A DNA stretch of 64,000 bases from Isurus oxyrinchus (taxonomy: Eukaryota), in contig JANJGN010000038.1 of assembly GCA_026770705.1 (NCBI GenBank), forward strand, positions 4,216,001 to 4,280,000, given 5' to 3'. Shown here piece after piece: positions 50,446 through 62,465 of this stretch; position 1 is the stretch's first letter; each line of letters opens with the position of its first letter. A model generated the notes under the pieces. That model was given only the letters and a program-made list of their open reading frames with translations, did not search any database and had not been told where the DNA came from. The position numbers and the translations under genes are program-made.

Positions 50446-51980
50446 TTGGCACAGCGTGGAGAGAAGGTCAGTGTGCAAGACAGCAGGGTCAGGTAGTCGG
50501 GTGGCAAGTATAGGGGTGAGGGAATAGGGTAGGTCGAGGGATATCAGGCAGTTTGAGGTTGTTGACGTTTAGTGGGGGAAGGGGGCTAGACGATTGGACG
50601 GGGGGGTGGTTAGCGGGTGGGCGTTGAAGTGCGGAGTAGGCACAGTGGGGTGGGAGTGTGGGTAACGTTTGGGTTATCCGGAGGGTTGTCTGGGGTAGGG
50701 GGAGATTCGGGTGTTCGGGAGGGTAGTCGGGGGTTGGATGTAATGGGAATGTGGGGGATTAGTTTGGGGATGGGGGTTGTCCCCGTCGTCTCGGCGGCAG
50801 TTGAAGTTTCAACGTATTAGTCAGGGTACGGGTAATTGGATTTTGGATGGTTGTCGGGGTTCTAGGGCACACTCGGGCTGTCTGGACAGTATTTGGGGTG
50901 TCCATTTCAGAAATGCAGATCTTAATTCTGGTTCCCCAGGAGCTGGAACTGGTATTAATCCTTCTCACGTTTCCTGGGTACCTATTCTGCTAAGTATGCC
51001 AGGACAATCCAACTCCTCCAAATCTAACCCAGGGTTCTGGAGTTTTCCAGATGCAGTATTAATTGCCCAAAGGATGTGGAAAATCTGGGGGAAGTTGCCG
51101 GGCAGTCCTGAAGTGGGGAGTTACATGGCATCGAACATCGCATCTCTCTGGTACCTCGGGGTCAGGCCATCTACTGGTGAGAAGATCTGGGATATATTGA
51201 CAATACATTCTGATCTCCGTAGGGCCGCAGCCATGAGGCACCCCAAAGATGCTGTGGGAGAAGCACAACCTCCACCATCCGCCCCCGGTCCGGAAGCCCC
51301 CATATGAGGGCTGCATGGGTATTGACCGGAAAATTCAAACTTCTGAAGAACATCAGGAACCATCCAAACCATCCGACACGTGGATTTAAATTGGAAACTT
51401 CAGTTCGTTATGCCTGTCCCGGCAGAATAGTTTCCCAGGAGGAGTGAGAAGAACGAAAATCGCTTCTAACTCCTGGGTCACTATAGAAATGAGAACCCCG
51501 ACCCCCCACTGGAAACCTCAACTATATCTCCCACCTCCCCAACTGCCGAAGCACCCCCACCTATCCTCTCAAACCGCCCCTGACTACGCCCCATTGCCTT
51601 CCCCAACCCCTGACTACCCTCCCGCCCCCAGGCTGTCCTCCCAACAATCAACGAACCACAAGCACCCGACTGCACCGTCACCCAGTGAGGACCCAACTGA
51701 CCTCACGAATACCCCCGATAACCTGCCAAACACACTCCCAACACATCGAATATTCGTCAAGCATGACATCGACAATTTCCCTCGATTCCCCAAACACCCT
51801 GCAGACCACTGATTACCCCATAAGCCTTCCAACTGCCTGAACAGACCAGGGTATCACTCTAACACCTCGACCACCACCCCAACCACGCCGAATTCTCTCC
51901 TGGTATCCAATTGTAACAACCCTGGACACACCCGATGATTGCAACACCGCCCTCCCACCCTCTCCTCCAGCGGCCCATCA
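50445..51980. mobile_element. Foldback/MITE-like palindromic element with G-rich left arm and C-rich right arm
   Basis: Inner inverted repeat 50961-50990 vs 51422-51451 (25/30 match); arms built of gtagtcggg and cccgactac motifs. Confidence 0.65.
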
Positions 51981-54000
51981 CCTCCATGCCCAATCCTGGA
52001 AAATTGGATTCTGGATGTCTGATATCTAATAGCAGTAGTTTTCCTTATCCATGTTTGATTTGATGTTCTCTGATGTCATGAGATTTGATGGATTCCGCAG
52101 CAGATTTTGAGAACTCCAAAGGCCCTCCTTCCAGAATATAACCACTGTACTGGCATCACCGAAAGTTCTAGCCTGTTGGTTTATGTTGCTTCCCAACTCG
52201 ATTTTTTTCCAATTATAGCATTCCAAATCATATTTTTTGCAGAAAATTCCATATCTCATGCGCTTGGCATTCCAGCTGTCTTTCCTGAATTATGTCAACT
52301 AGCCTGCACACAGTTTTCTCCATATCCATGTCTTGCGCTATCGGCAAAGCTTAAATTTTTACCCTTTGTTCCCGTGTCCATATGTCTAACAGATATCACA
52401 AATGACAATTGACTGAACACCAATACTTGTGGGACACTGTGTTAACTTGCTTCACGATGCAAAACCATCGGGACCCACGAATACCATCCCGTCTATTACT
52501 TCAGAGAAAAGTTCTGTCAAGTTTCTCTATTTTGCCTTATTACAAATCCATGTTAGCTGTCGGTTATTAACCGAAAATCTTCCAATTCACCATTAAAATT
52601 GCCCCGATTCTGCTCACTGGACATTCACCTGGCGGCAATGTTAGGCTGACTGATTGTAATGCAGCAATGATTTTCACACAGGATAGGAAATGTCTCTGTG
52701 GTGAATTTGTAAGGGGGCTTCTAGATTGTCACGTGACATTCAATGTCAACATGCTTCATTAACATTCAACATCATAACGTGAGAAACGTGTAACTTTTAA
52801 AGATATTGTAAGATATCATGGGGGTAATGTTTCCTGTTAAATAAGTTTTTAAAAAATCTAGTTTGTAAAGGAGAACATGAAAAAATAACGACTGATCTTA
52901 TTGGGAATTACAATGGATTAATTCATGCAACGGAAATAACGAGACAACCCGACTAATAAATTCATCAAATTCTTTCTGTACCTTCCTTTCGAAAGACGAA
53001 TGTGCTCCTGAGCAGTGTCAGTGTAATCCAGCATCCACCCAAAATGAAAACGAATGGAACGTCTCGCCAATCAGCTCAAATTGCCGAGTTGTAGGCCCCT
53101 ACTGCATTACAAAGCAACACTGCAGCACCAACATCCTGTTGTTTTCTGGAATCCATTAAGTGTCAACTAAACTCGATTGTGTTTCACGCTATGCACACCC
53201 CAAAATCCTGCCCACCAGATCATTGATAAATGGATCTATTGAGTATTGCGAGAAGATCGAGTGAGTTTGTTAATATTGGTTCATACAATGCAATGGCAAC
53301 TCCTGCCGCTGTCAAGGAGCATTAAAGAGTCTGGCTCCAATTCAACAGATTGCATTTGGCAGAGCTTCACCTCTTCATAGCCGACACTGCATTTCAGCTG
53401 TAACGTTGCTGGTCCAGAGGCATCGCAACCGCTGGCCCCGCTACAGCCTTTCCATGGACACATCATCAGATCTGCTGCCTCTCCTTCCAGGCTGCAGAAC
53501 AGTCATCTGGGAAATCCAGAAACCAACCACAAGGCCTCCAAAAACAAGCCTTAATAACACCAAATAGTTTGTGAGAGGAGAACTCCTCCAAATTAAATTC
53601 CATGATATTAAGGTGCCAAGCCCATCGTGAAACATTGGTGGAGGGTCAGTTTTGCAGAACTAGAGTTTCTGTTTGCCGAATGATGTATTAATGCATTTTC
53701 CAGTCCACATTCGGTATACTGCCATCACCTCAGTCGTCAGGATGTGTGACTTCAGTGTAACATCAATTCACCTCTTCCAGGCAAATACGGGGGATACTCC
53801 CACAGGCCTCTTTCACAAATGGAATTCTGGGTCATGGTAGAAGGTGCCTCAGCAAACCACAGCTAAACCTCGGTACCACTGCTGCAAGTAAGTTCGCGCC
53901 CCGAATATTGAAGCTATCAACTGACATTTTAGTTGATCACGTCTGGGCCTGTTGTCGAATAACTGTTAAGATAAATTGGTAGGACCAGCTAAGTACTGAT

Positions 54001-54288
54001 GGGAGGTGGTGGTGTAGCAGCATTATGACCAGGTTAACATTGCATAAGGCCCAATCTAATTCTCTGGGGACCTAAGTTCACATCCCACCGTGGAAGGTTG
54101 AGCAATTTGAATTCAATAAAAATCTTTAATTAAGCGTCTGATGATGATCATGAAACCATTGCTAATTGCTGTAAAAGCCCATTTGGTTTAATTATTTCCT
54201 GCAGGAAAGAGCATCTGCTGTCTGGCCTCTACGTGACTCTTAAATGCTCTCTGAACAAGAGCATTTAGCGATTGAACGAATAAAAAAA
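54001..54288 (+). mobile_element. HE1-like SINE
   Basis: ggtggtgtag box A and gttcacatccc box B; tgaaaccattg..gtaaaagcccat body; A-rich tail. Confidence 0.75.
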
Positions 54289-54999
54289 TCCCTTCTACCT
54301 TTATCAACGTGGCTAACAGGACAGCTGGAAACGAAATCAGCTGAAGATTTATAAATGATAAATGAAGATAATGTCCTTATGCAGTTTTATAACGTTTTAA
54401 AAAATTATTTTGTTGGTCATTTTTGGGGCCCCTTTCGAGATGGGACTCTTCCCAATTGGCCAACGGAAAGTGCAGAAGATGAATTGATGGTGTTTTGCCA
54501 TTGCAATCCCCCAGTCCGCTGTTTGTATATTTAGGGGCTCAGGTGTTTGCTGTAAAGCGGTGCTTGGTCAGTGGAGAACAATTCCTGAGGATAGTATGTG
54601 CATCCATTTCGAAGCGTATCCAACCATCAAGATCAGAATCATTACTGGGGCAGGACGCGGGGAGATTGTAGTTGCTTTATCTACAGTTCATCTTGGAATG
54701 TGGTAACAAATCAGATATACGACACTTTGCCGTCCACATGAACGTAGAGATACGACGAGGACTACAAGGACCCTGGATTCTGATGGGAATAAGACAGACC
54801 ACAGAAAATATGGGGAAGAGAACATTTAACTACCAGAGAACAGATACTGACACTTAATTGTGCTCGGATGTATTGCGCCTTTAACAGTCTTATTTTCAAA
54901 CTGAGTGACTGTGAACTAGAATGGAAAACAATGCGTGGCATCGACAAGAAGGGGAAAGGATGGAATCTTGTGTACAGCTGAAGTTGGATTTTGCTGTCC

Positions 55000-55906
55000 T
55001 TATCGTCCAAATAATTTAACAATTTCAAGTAGTGGATATTTCACCCCATTCTTTAACTCTTCTCTGAATTTACTCTGGTCCCTGCATAAATAAACAGGTT
55101 TGCGCAGGAACTCAAAAACTGAAGCATATATGTTTTTTCCTCAAGAATGAATGTTGAAAGATTGATTTCAGAGCTTGATAAGTATTTAACATTTCCAATT
55201 TGCACATAGAGGAAAGTTATAAATATTAACAAATATAACAGGATGAAACTTCCCGATATACAGAAGAGTAAAATGATGGACATTGTCCGCTTCTCCATCT
55301 CAGGGTCACGCTGATTGTCTCCATTTCTCCGGGTCTGGAGTCTCCTGCGAGCTCTACTGGCTGCGGCAATGTGTCTGACTGTCAGTACATTGGGCAGTAA
55401 AATCAGAATGAATGGGAGACAAGGGGTTAAAATGTGTTGAATGCAGTCATAGGCGATCCATGCAAGTGAGGTATAAAATATCACTTTTACATCGCAGCAC
55501 CAGGGTACATTGTCAATTATGTACAAAGATTCGTATATAAAATACTGGAAGGTGTTTTTGACACAGCTGATTGCGCGGATTGTCCCTATAACCCATGCCG
55601 CCGTTTTTTTGGAACAACATTTTACTTTCAGATTCGGGCATCAAATGGCCACAAATCGATCAAAGGTGAAAGCTGTAGTTAACCAGGCAGAGCTGTCTAT
55701 GGCTGAATATATTAGGGCGTCACAGAGACTGCATACTGGTGTGATTGACAGGAAACTGAGTGGGAAATAAATACCAGCAATCCAGTTCAATATCACAGCG
55801 GTTATAATGAGCAGATCTGTCACCGCCAGGGATTGTAAATAATAGATTATACAGGTGGAGAGGCCGCATTTCACTCGAGAAAGGATCACAATCACCGCCA
55901 GGTTAG
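55000..55906 (-). pseudogene. GPR139-like GPCR pseudogene C, exon 2
   Basis: ttgcag acceptor; ANLAVIVILSRVKCGLS..AFTFDRFVAI* (TGA at 55641-43), same frame resumes; 1-bp deletion near 55078; ancestral stop at 55000-02. Confidence 0.9.
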
Positions 55907-56469
55907 CTGCAATAAAGAGAGAGAGAGAAAGAGAGAAGATGGAAAGAGACTGAGTTTGTGTGTGTGTGAGTTTGGGAGAGAACGAATACAGGAAGGTTAC
56001 TGCTCAAACTATAAACAAATCAACAATTGTATAGGATTCTGCATGAATTTGTACCTTTAAGATGTCGTCCCCAGTTGCGCAATTGCAATGGGCAAGTGAT
56101 TCAGCTTTGAAAATTGAAATCTTAATTCAATATAGGGCAGGTCAAATAGTTTAATAAAAACTAATGGAGAACAAAAGACATCGTTAACACAGAGAAACCA
56201 ACATAGAATTTTTGTATAAGCAACAAGAAAGTGTACGCATCTGCAAGGCATTGCAGGAAATAATGACGAAGGTAACTAACAAGACAAGCAACAAGAAGTG
56301 TGGAAACTAACAAGGGCGCGGATTATATCTCACTGAGGATCAATATAGTTCCTTTTTCTATATAATAATTGGCAATAATTATTGAAAACTATTCGTTGTT
56401 GTGAACTTTGGGAATTAAACCTGCTTCTAAATATCGACATACATCGAGGAGTAAAGGGGCAATGAATGA

Positions 56470-56745
56470 TTTCTGATCTTCCAGACAGGGCGTTTGCCTG
56501 CATGTGAAGATACATCCTAGCTCCTCACATATAGTCAACTGGAAGATCAGTGTCGATCTGAACATTTGGAAATGACGGAAGCCGAAATCTCCTTCCGAGT
56601 GAGGTCCCTCTTGCAATACAGCACTGACTCCGCACTGCACTGCACTGTCGGGACCAACTATCAATGTTGTCCTGTAGTGGATATTTGAAATCAAAGCATT
56701 GAGCCTCAGATGTGAAAGACGCAACCTAGTAGGCAGCCTCACTCA
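56470..56745 (-). mobile_element. Ancient SINE remnant (possibly DeuSINE/SacSINE-like)
   Basis: gactccgcactgcactg..atttgaa..ctcagatgtgaaag pattern resembling old shark SINEs; family assignment from recall only. Confidence 0.35.
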
Positions 56746-57097
56746 ATGTGAACAAACAGCGGAGACGGGAAAATGTGGGACATTGCCCGGTGATAGCAGA
56801 AGGAAATTCCGGTGTCAACGGTGGTCAGGTAGAAGCGTCAGCAGCAGCTCATGAACCAATTAATGTTGGAGTTTGAGAGCAGAAACACATCTTTGTGATT
56901 GTGGTGTTAATATAGAATATTCATCAAACGTCTACTATTACATTGTTTATACATCTGTCAAAAACTGGGTGCTCATGATGTCCTTCCAACAAATTCATTG
57001 GGGAAATTTTGAATGTTACATTGCTCTCTATCAGTGAATCATTCGTGGGAATTATTCGATCATTGTCAATGTGAACAACACAACAGATTTACATTTG

Positions 57098-57445
57098 CAC
57101 CGTGAAAACAGTGTGATAGCTCATCCACGGTTAGACTGTCAGTAACAGAACACAATCACATTCTAACTGTGATTAAAGTGTGATCATTCAACCACAGTTA
57201 GACAGTCAGTAGCAGAAGGTGTTCACATTCACACCGTGATTACAATGTGATAATTCACCTTCAGTAACGATACCGGAAACACAATGGAAAGATATTTAGA
57301 CTGTAATGTCGCTGTTGAAATACAACTACAGTAACAGAAGTTGATCATACTTGCACCGTGATTACAATGTGATAATTCTCCTTCAGCAACAATGCCAGCA
57401 ATAGAATGGAAAGGCAATTGCACTGTGATAACAGTGTGAAAATAC
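57098..57445. repeat. Degenerate ~66-bp intronic tandem repeat
   Basis: Recurring caccgtgattacaatgtgataattc and gttagac.gtcagta.cagaa. Confidence 0.6.
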
Positions 57446-57478
57446 ACCAGTACTAAATGGTGCAAAACACCGTTGAAG

Positions 57479-57722
57479 AGGGTAATATAATACCACTTAC
57501 AACGAAAATTTGCACCCTTATAAGGGTGATATTATACCGCTAACAGCGAGAAATTTCACCCTCAACGGTAATATTTTGCCATTAACAGCGAGAAATTGCA
57601 CACTTAGCAGGGTGATATGATAGCACTTAAATTGTGAAATTTTGTTTTTAACAAGGTTATATTATGCCACTAACAGCCTATAATTGCATCTTTAACAGCA
57701 TATTATTTAGCCATTAGCGACG
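57479..57722. repeat. Degenerate ~44-bp intronic tandem repeat
   Basis: Five or more units of agggtgatattataccactaacagcgagaaattgcaccctta.. Confidence 0.7.
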
Positions 57723-57978
57723 AGAATTTTAGGCAAAGTGAACAAATTATATTTTCAAAATTTAGACATTATACCTATAAAGTGGGGAAAATGTTCTTTT
57801 AGAGGGATAAAATATACTTGATAAAAGAGGGAAATTGCTCCATTAATGGGGAGAATTGTACAGATAAAGGGCGAACTGGGAGCATGAGTATAACGTTATG
57901 GATATACAATGCTTTTAAAAGGTAGAATTCCTGCAGATAACCGATTTCCGTATCAAAATACTAATTACAATACTTTAC

Positions 57979-58048
57979 CTGGAACCCCGAGAGCTGCAAG
58001 GACTGGATAATAAATGGCAGACAGAAGGTCTTTTGGTGATCCGTTCAT
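57979..58048 (-). pseudogene. GPCR pseudogene C, exon 1
   Basis: MNGSPKDLLSAIYYPVLAALGVP followed by G|gtaaag donor, phase 1. Confidence 0.88.
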
Positions 58049-58098
58049 TTTCAACAAATGTTCTGAACGCCTTCTGCACTGCACTGAAAGATTGTCAC

Positions 58099-58230
58099 AT
58101 TTATAACTGATGTGAAGCTCCAGGGAGTTAATTAGGTGGTTTGATCTCTTGCATTAAATGTATTAATTTTAAATAATAACAGTTCAGCCCAGCTGCTTCA
58201 GGACTGACGTTTATGTTTTGGGAGAATAAA
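58099..58230 (-). promoter_or_regulatory. Core promoter of GPCR C
   Basis: ctccctggagcttcacatcagtTATAAATgtgaca vs gene B ctccctagagtttgacatcatgTATAAATgtaaca; shared ataaacgt and gcagctg. Confidence 0.6.
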
Positions 58231-58939
58231 AGGTTTTTTTTTCAATGGAGTTGACACCCAGAGATTGCGGCATGATCACAATTTATTTTCTCATAAAAAG
58301 ATACCGACCTGGATTTTGTGGTCAGGGGTGAATGAGAGGCCTTTGGCCTTGATTGCTCTGGAGAATCCCAATTTGACTGGTTCACTGGCTGCCGCCAGAA
58401 TTTAAGCCTTTGGCTGGTGCATGGCCCATGGACAAAATGATCTGTGAAATGTAGCATCGGGGTGACTTCTGGCGACGGCCGCCCCTCCTGACGTCACGAG
58501 CCTGATACAAGTTCCCTGCGGTCCCTTTTCAGGCCAAAGGCAGATGGGTGTTTTGTTATGATTTAAAGCACTTCTACGGACTTTAAAACTTTTCAAATTT
58601 TTCTAACGCTTTCATATACTTGAAAAGCCCTTTAAACACTATGTGAGTGCTGCACAATTAAATGTACGCTGTGGTAGAAAATCCCCCGATGCAAGAATTT
58701 TCAAACAGGACAGGAAATGGGACACAGGATGCAGGATTGTCATGTAAGCTTCGATGTTCATATGCTTGTCTAATGTTATAAGTTGCAACGTGAGTTTTTA
58801 AAGTGGCCTCAAGATAATTGTACACCTACTGCTTTGGAAAGTATGCACTGCATCACCTTACTGCAATTCTCTCATAAATTCGACCACGCTGCCTCTGGCT
58901 TTTCGTTTCATAGACTTCCGTTTTCAACAGGATCAAGGA

Positions 58940-59560
58940 AGTTTAGGACTGGATGCTAAATATTCCTCTGTATAATGCGTGCAGTAAAGATTATGCAGGA
59001 AGAAAAGGACGGGGGTGACGGTATTGGTTAAGGAGAGCATTGCAGTGCTGCAGAAAGAGGATGTCCAAGAAGGTTGAAGGACAGAATCAATTTGGCGAGA
59101 TCTACGGGGGAAAAATGTGCCATTAAGTACAAGGTGTTGTCTGTCGTCCGTCTGCCAGTAGGAAGGATGTAATGGAACAATTCTGCAGGGTAAACACAGA
59201 GGTGCAATGATGAAAGAATACTAATAATAGGGCACTTTAATTACCGGAATATAGACTGGGATACTCGCAGTATAAAGGACAGAGAAGGGCAAGAGCTCCT
59301 CGATTGTGTTCAGGAGAATGTTGTATAGCAGTATGTGTCCGGTACAACAGGAAAGGAGGCACTGCTAGACCTGGCTCTTGCAAATGAGGTTAGACAGGTA
59401 GATCAAGTGTCAGCGGGGAACATCAAGGAGACAGCGATCATTGTCTCATAAGGTGCAGGGTGACGGTCGAAAAGCATCTTGGAATATCCAGAGTAAGAAT
59501 AATGAACTGATGCACAGCCGACTTTAATGGAACAAGAACCAATCACGGTGCAGTGACGTG
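58940..59560 (+). mobile_element. CR1 LINE endonuclease fragment
   Basis: Decayed IIGHFNYRNIDW (GDFN.P.IDW motif) and EALLDLALANE (LDL motif). Confidence 0.75.
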
Positions 59561-59994
59561 TTGGAAAAATTGTGACATCATTTGCTGCAGGACCAATCGA
59601 CGAAGGCCATGTTATTGTGAAGTCATACACTGCTCGTGCCTGCTGTTTATTAAAAAGAGCGTTTCAATTGAATGAAAAGATGACTTCCGTTCTCATTAAA
59701 ATAGCCACTCAATTTCAACATTCATTGAACCGTAACATATATCGACCGTAATTGATAATTTCCCGCACTGATTCAGCAGCGAGCCGTCCACAGCCCCCAC
59801 TCAGCGGGAAAGTTTGTTCCGCCTGTGACTCCTGACTGAGGACTGTGGGCCCGTGGGAGTGAGTTCTTGGCATCTTATTGGGGCCGTGCGTCCATTGAGT
59901 GTTTCCGAGACTGGGAAAGGACAGAGAAACACAGGAGCACAACGGTGGTGGCTAAAAATAAATGCAGCTAACAGTGGAGAGATATCCTGAACGG

Positions 59995-60235
59995 TAAAAG
60001 CAAAATACTGCGGATGCAGGAAATCTGGAACACAGACAGAAAATGCTGGAAAAACGCAGCACGTCTAACAGCATCTGTGGACAGAAAGGCAGAATTAACG
60101 TTTCAAATCCGTATGACTTTTCTTCAGAGAAGAAGACTCTGAAGAAGAGTCATACGGACTCGAAATATTAACTCTGTCTTTTCCTTCGCAGATGCTGTCA
60201 GACCTGCTGAGCTTTTATTGCCTTTTCTGTTGTTG
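59995..60235. mobile_element. Palindromic pair of Penelope-type termini with two hammerhead motifs
   Basis: Plus: CTGAAGA-A-GAGTC-atacg-GACTC-GAAA-TATT-AACT (60139-60173); minus: CTGAAGA-A-AAGTC-atacg-GATTT-GAAA-CGTT (~60095-60127). Confidence 0.7.
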
Positions 60236-60544
60236 TTTGAAATGTCCTGAACGGTAGTGTGGAAGAGGATGGGAGTCAGATTGGGAGAGATAAAGGCTTT
60301 AACAGTAACTTCACCGATTAACAAACAGCATTCCGAGTCTTTAAGACGCGTCGGTAATTTTTCCCTGCCTCACTCTTCCTACTTTCAACAACAACGAACC
60401 TCGCCCGTGAACTCTGAGATTTTAGAGAAAATGTTGGAAGATATTAGGTCGAGAAGAGAACTTCTCCTGATATTCCCATGATTGGGAGGCGCTGAAGGAA
60501 CCACTGAAAAAGCAATGAAGCAGATGGAACAAAACCCGAGGGTA

Positions 60545-60730
60545 ATAAAAGAATAAAACTGCAGATGCTGGAAATCTGAAAGAAACACAGAAAACTCTGC
60601 AGGTCTGACAGCATCTGTGGAGACAGAAACAAAGTTATAACGTTTCATCAGACAGACTCGAAACGTCAACTCTATTCCTTCTTCCACAGGTGCTGTCCGC
60701 CTGCTGAGTTTTTGCAGCATTTTCTGTATT
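60545..60730. mobile_element. Palindromic pair of Penelope-type termini (centre deleted)
   Basis: Inverted arms around aacgtttcatcag / gactcgaaacgtcaact; counterpart of 5190-5400. Confidence 0.65.
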
Positions 60731-62189
60731 TACGTAACCGTGGGGTGATGTTCATTTAGTTCAGGGAGATTGTATCAGAAGGATTGGAGCAGGCAGAGAG
60801 GATCCCTGGGGTTATGCTCAGTGACAACAGAGAGATGGTATCAGTAGGAATGAGCTGATCAGGAAACAGTTCACAATCGAAGGAAAAGGGAGGATGACAG
60901 GGCTAATGGATTTAAAAGAAAAGTTGGAAGTGGACAGTCAGTGTGTATTTACCGGAATGTGGACCGTATATATTCTTAACAGGAAGGTGTTGGTTTGGTG
61001 GGGTGCGAGTAATGCCTGTTTGTGTATTTAAGAAATACTTCGAAGCCAGTGTCTCAGTATTCGATAGGCCCCAGGATCAAGGAACAAGCCCCATGTTTAT
61101 GTTTACTTGCTGTATCACGTGGAACCCCATCTTTGGACATTTTCGTGGTTTTGTCCCCCTGGTGTGTGCAAGAGACCTAAAGCTCTGTAATAATTTACAG
61201 GATTTTCACTCGATCATATATCAGTGCCAGACACGTTCGAGTCTCTGGAATCGCCCCTTGGTTAATGCTCCCAATTATGACTGTGTTATATATCTAGCCA
61301 GCGGCACCCCTGCCTTCAAAGTGTTTAATTGGACAATGCAGAGGGATCTTAACCCTGTTATGACCCTGGCTGTACCAACCGTGGGAGTGTTGGCTAGGGC
61401 AGTGTAAAGGAAGATTTCTGATCCAACATCCTGTCATGCGTCAGCCTCTGATGAAGCCGAACGCTACTGTATAAAATTACCTGACATGTGACTGTGACCG
61501 CCCAGAGTATGAGTCAAATCACAGAGGTGACCCTCCCTGTTCAATCATTCCGCCTCAGGCAATTGCCAGAAACAGGCAGAGGTAAAGGTCCCTTTGCACG
61601 GAAGGGGCGATGGGTGGCCCATTGGGGCCTTCTGGGCAAATAGATCCCAGACAGGACTGGTGAAATAGGGAGAAATGTGTAATAGGGAAAATGGAGCAGT
61701 GTCGATGGACCGCAGAAAAAGGAATTCAGCAAAGCCATAGTTAGTTCACTTTTCATTCCACATTCATTAGCAATTTCAGAGAATATTTTACATGAAAGTT
61801 TATGTTATGGTTAACAGACGTGAATATAATGCCTGAGCGTCACATTGGGAACATGCACTCTGAGTTGGTAAACCGTATGTACCACGGAAACATAGATCAG
61901 AAAGAGAAAACAGCGGCTCAACGGAAAGAGAAGGGAACAATAGTGAAAACAGAACGAGAAAAGTTAATTAAAGACAAATGGAATTCTAAGTCCATGGAAA
62001 TTAGATGCTCCAATTTCATTACGACCATTAACACCTCGCACATTTCAAACAGACAAACGGAAATTCTATGGCAGGTTCGGTTACAGATCCGGAATTACAA
62101 AGTGAGAACATTTCACTTTTACAGTGACCAAGAGAACATATTTTAAATTGGAATTAAAGGAAAAGCTACGGGGTCCGAAATTCAACCGA

Positions 62190-62198
62190 TCACTTGAT
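62190..62198 (-). CDS. IGH: IgH membrane exon TM2 (IK*), second copy
   Basis: ctcttttacag|ATC AAG TGA on the minus strand. Confidence 0.78.
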   Translation of the reverse strand: MK

Positions 62199-62337
62199 CT
62201 GTAAAAGAGGGAGAATATAATGAAGCAGATGTTTATGATCTGGTGCATTTATGTTATAGATCTTAATCATTGAAACATTAAGAAAGTTTTCAAACCGCTT
62301 CTGTCAGATTGTCGTGTTAGTAAATTCAATTTCTCAC

Positions 62338-62465
62338 ATTTACCAGAGTGACGGCAGTTCTGTAGAAAATGCTCAGGACGAACAGGGCAATGGATGTGGA
62401 AGCTGTTGTGCAGACGTTCCCGTTATCGTCCTCATTGTCTTCAATCCACATGCGTTCTGTGGAAT
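62338..62465 (-). CDS. IGH: IgH membrane exon TM1, second copy, probably decaying
   Basis: ctgtag acceptor; (D)STERMWIEDNEDDNGNVCTTASTSIALFVLSIFYRTAVTLVN; gtgaga donor; same 128-bp length as copy 1. Confidence 0.85.

Noticed and set aside
50777-51307. 176-aa ORF as a transposase
   Set aside because: No DDE or other motif; it lies in the GC-rich core of the foldback element
55641-55643. TGA at a Cys position as selenocysteine recoding
   Set aside because: The gene also has a frameshift, no SECIS was identified, and a single-base nonsense change explains it
58489-58496. Perfect CRE upstream of GPCR C as part of the shared promoter
   Set aside because: It lies inside a GC-rich inverted-repeat patch (~58385-58480) that looks repeat-derived and has no counterpart upstream of gene B
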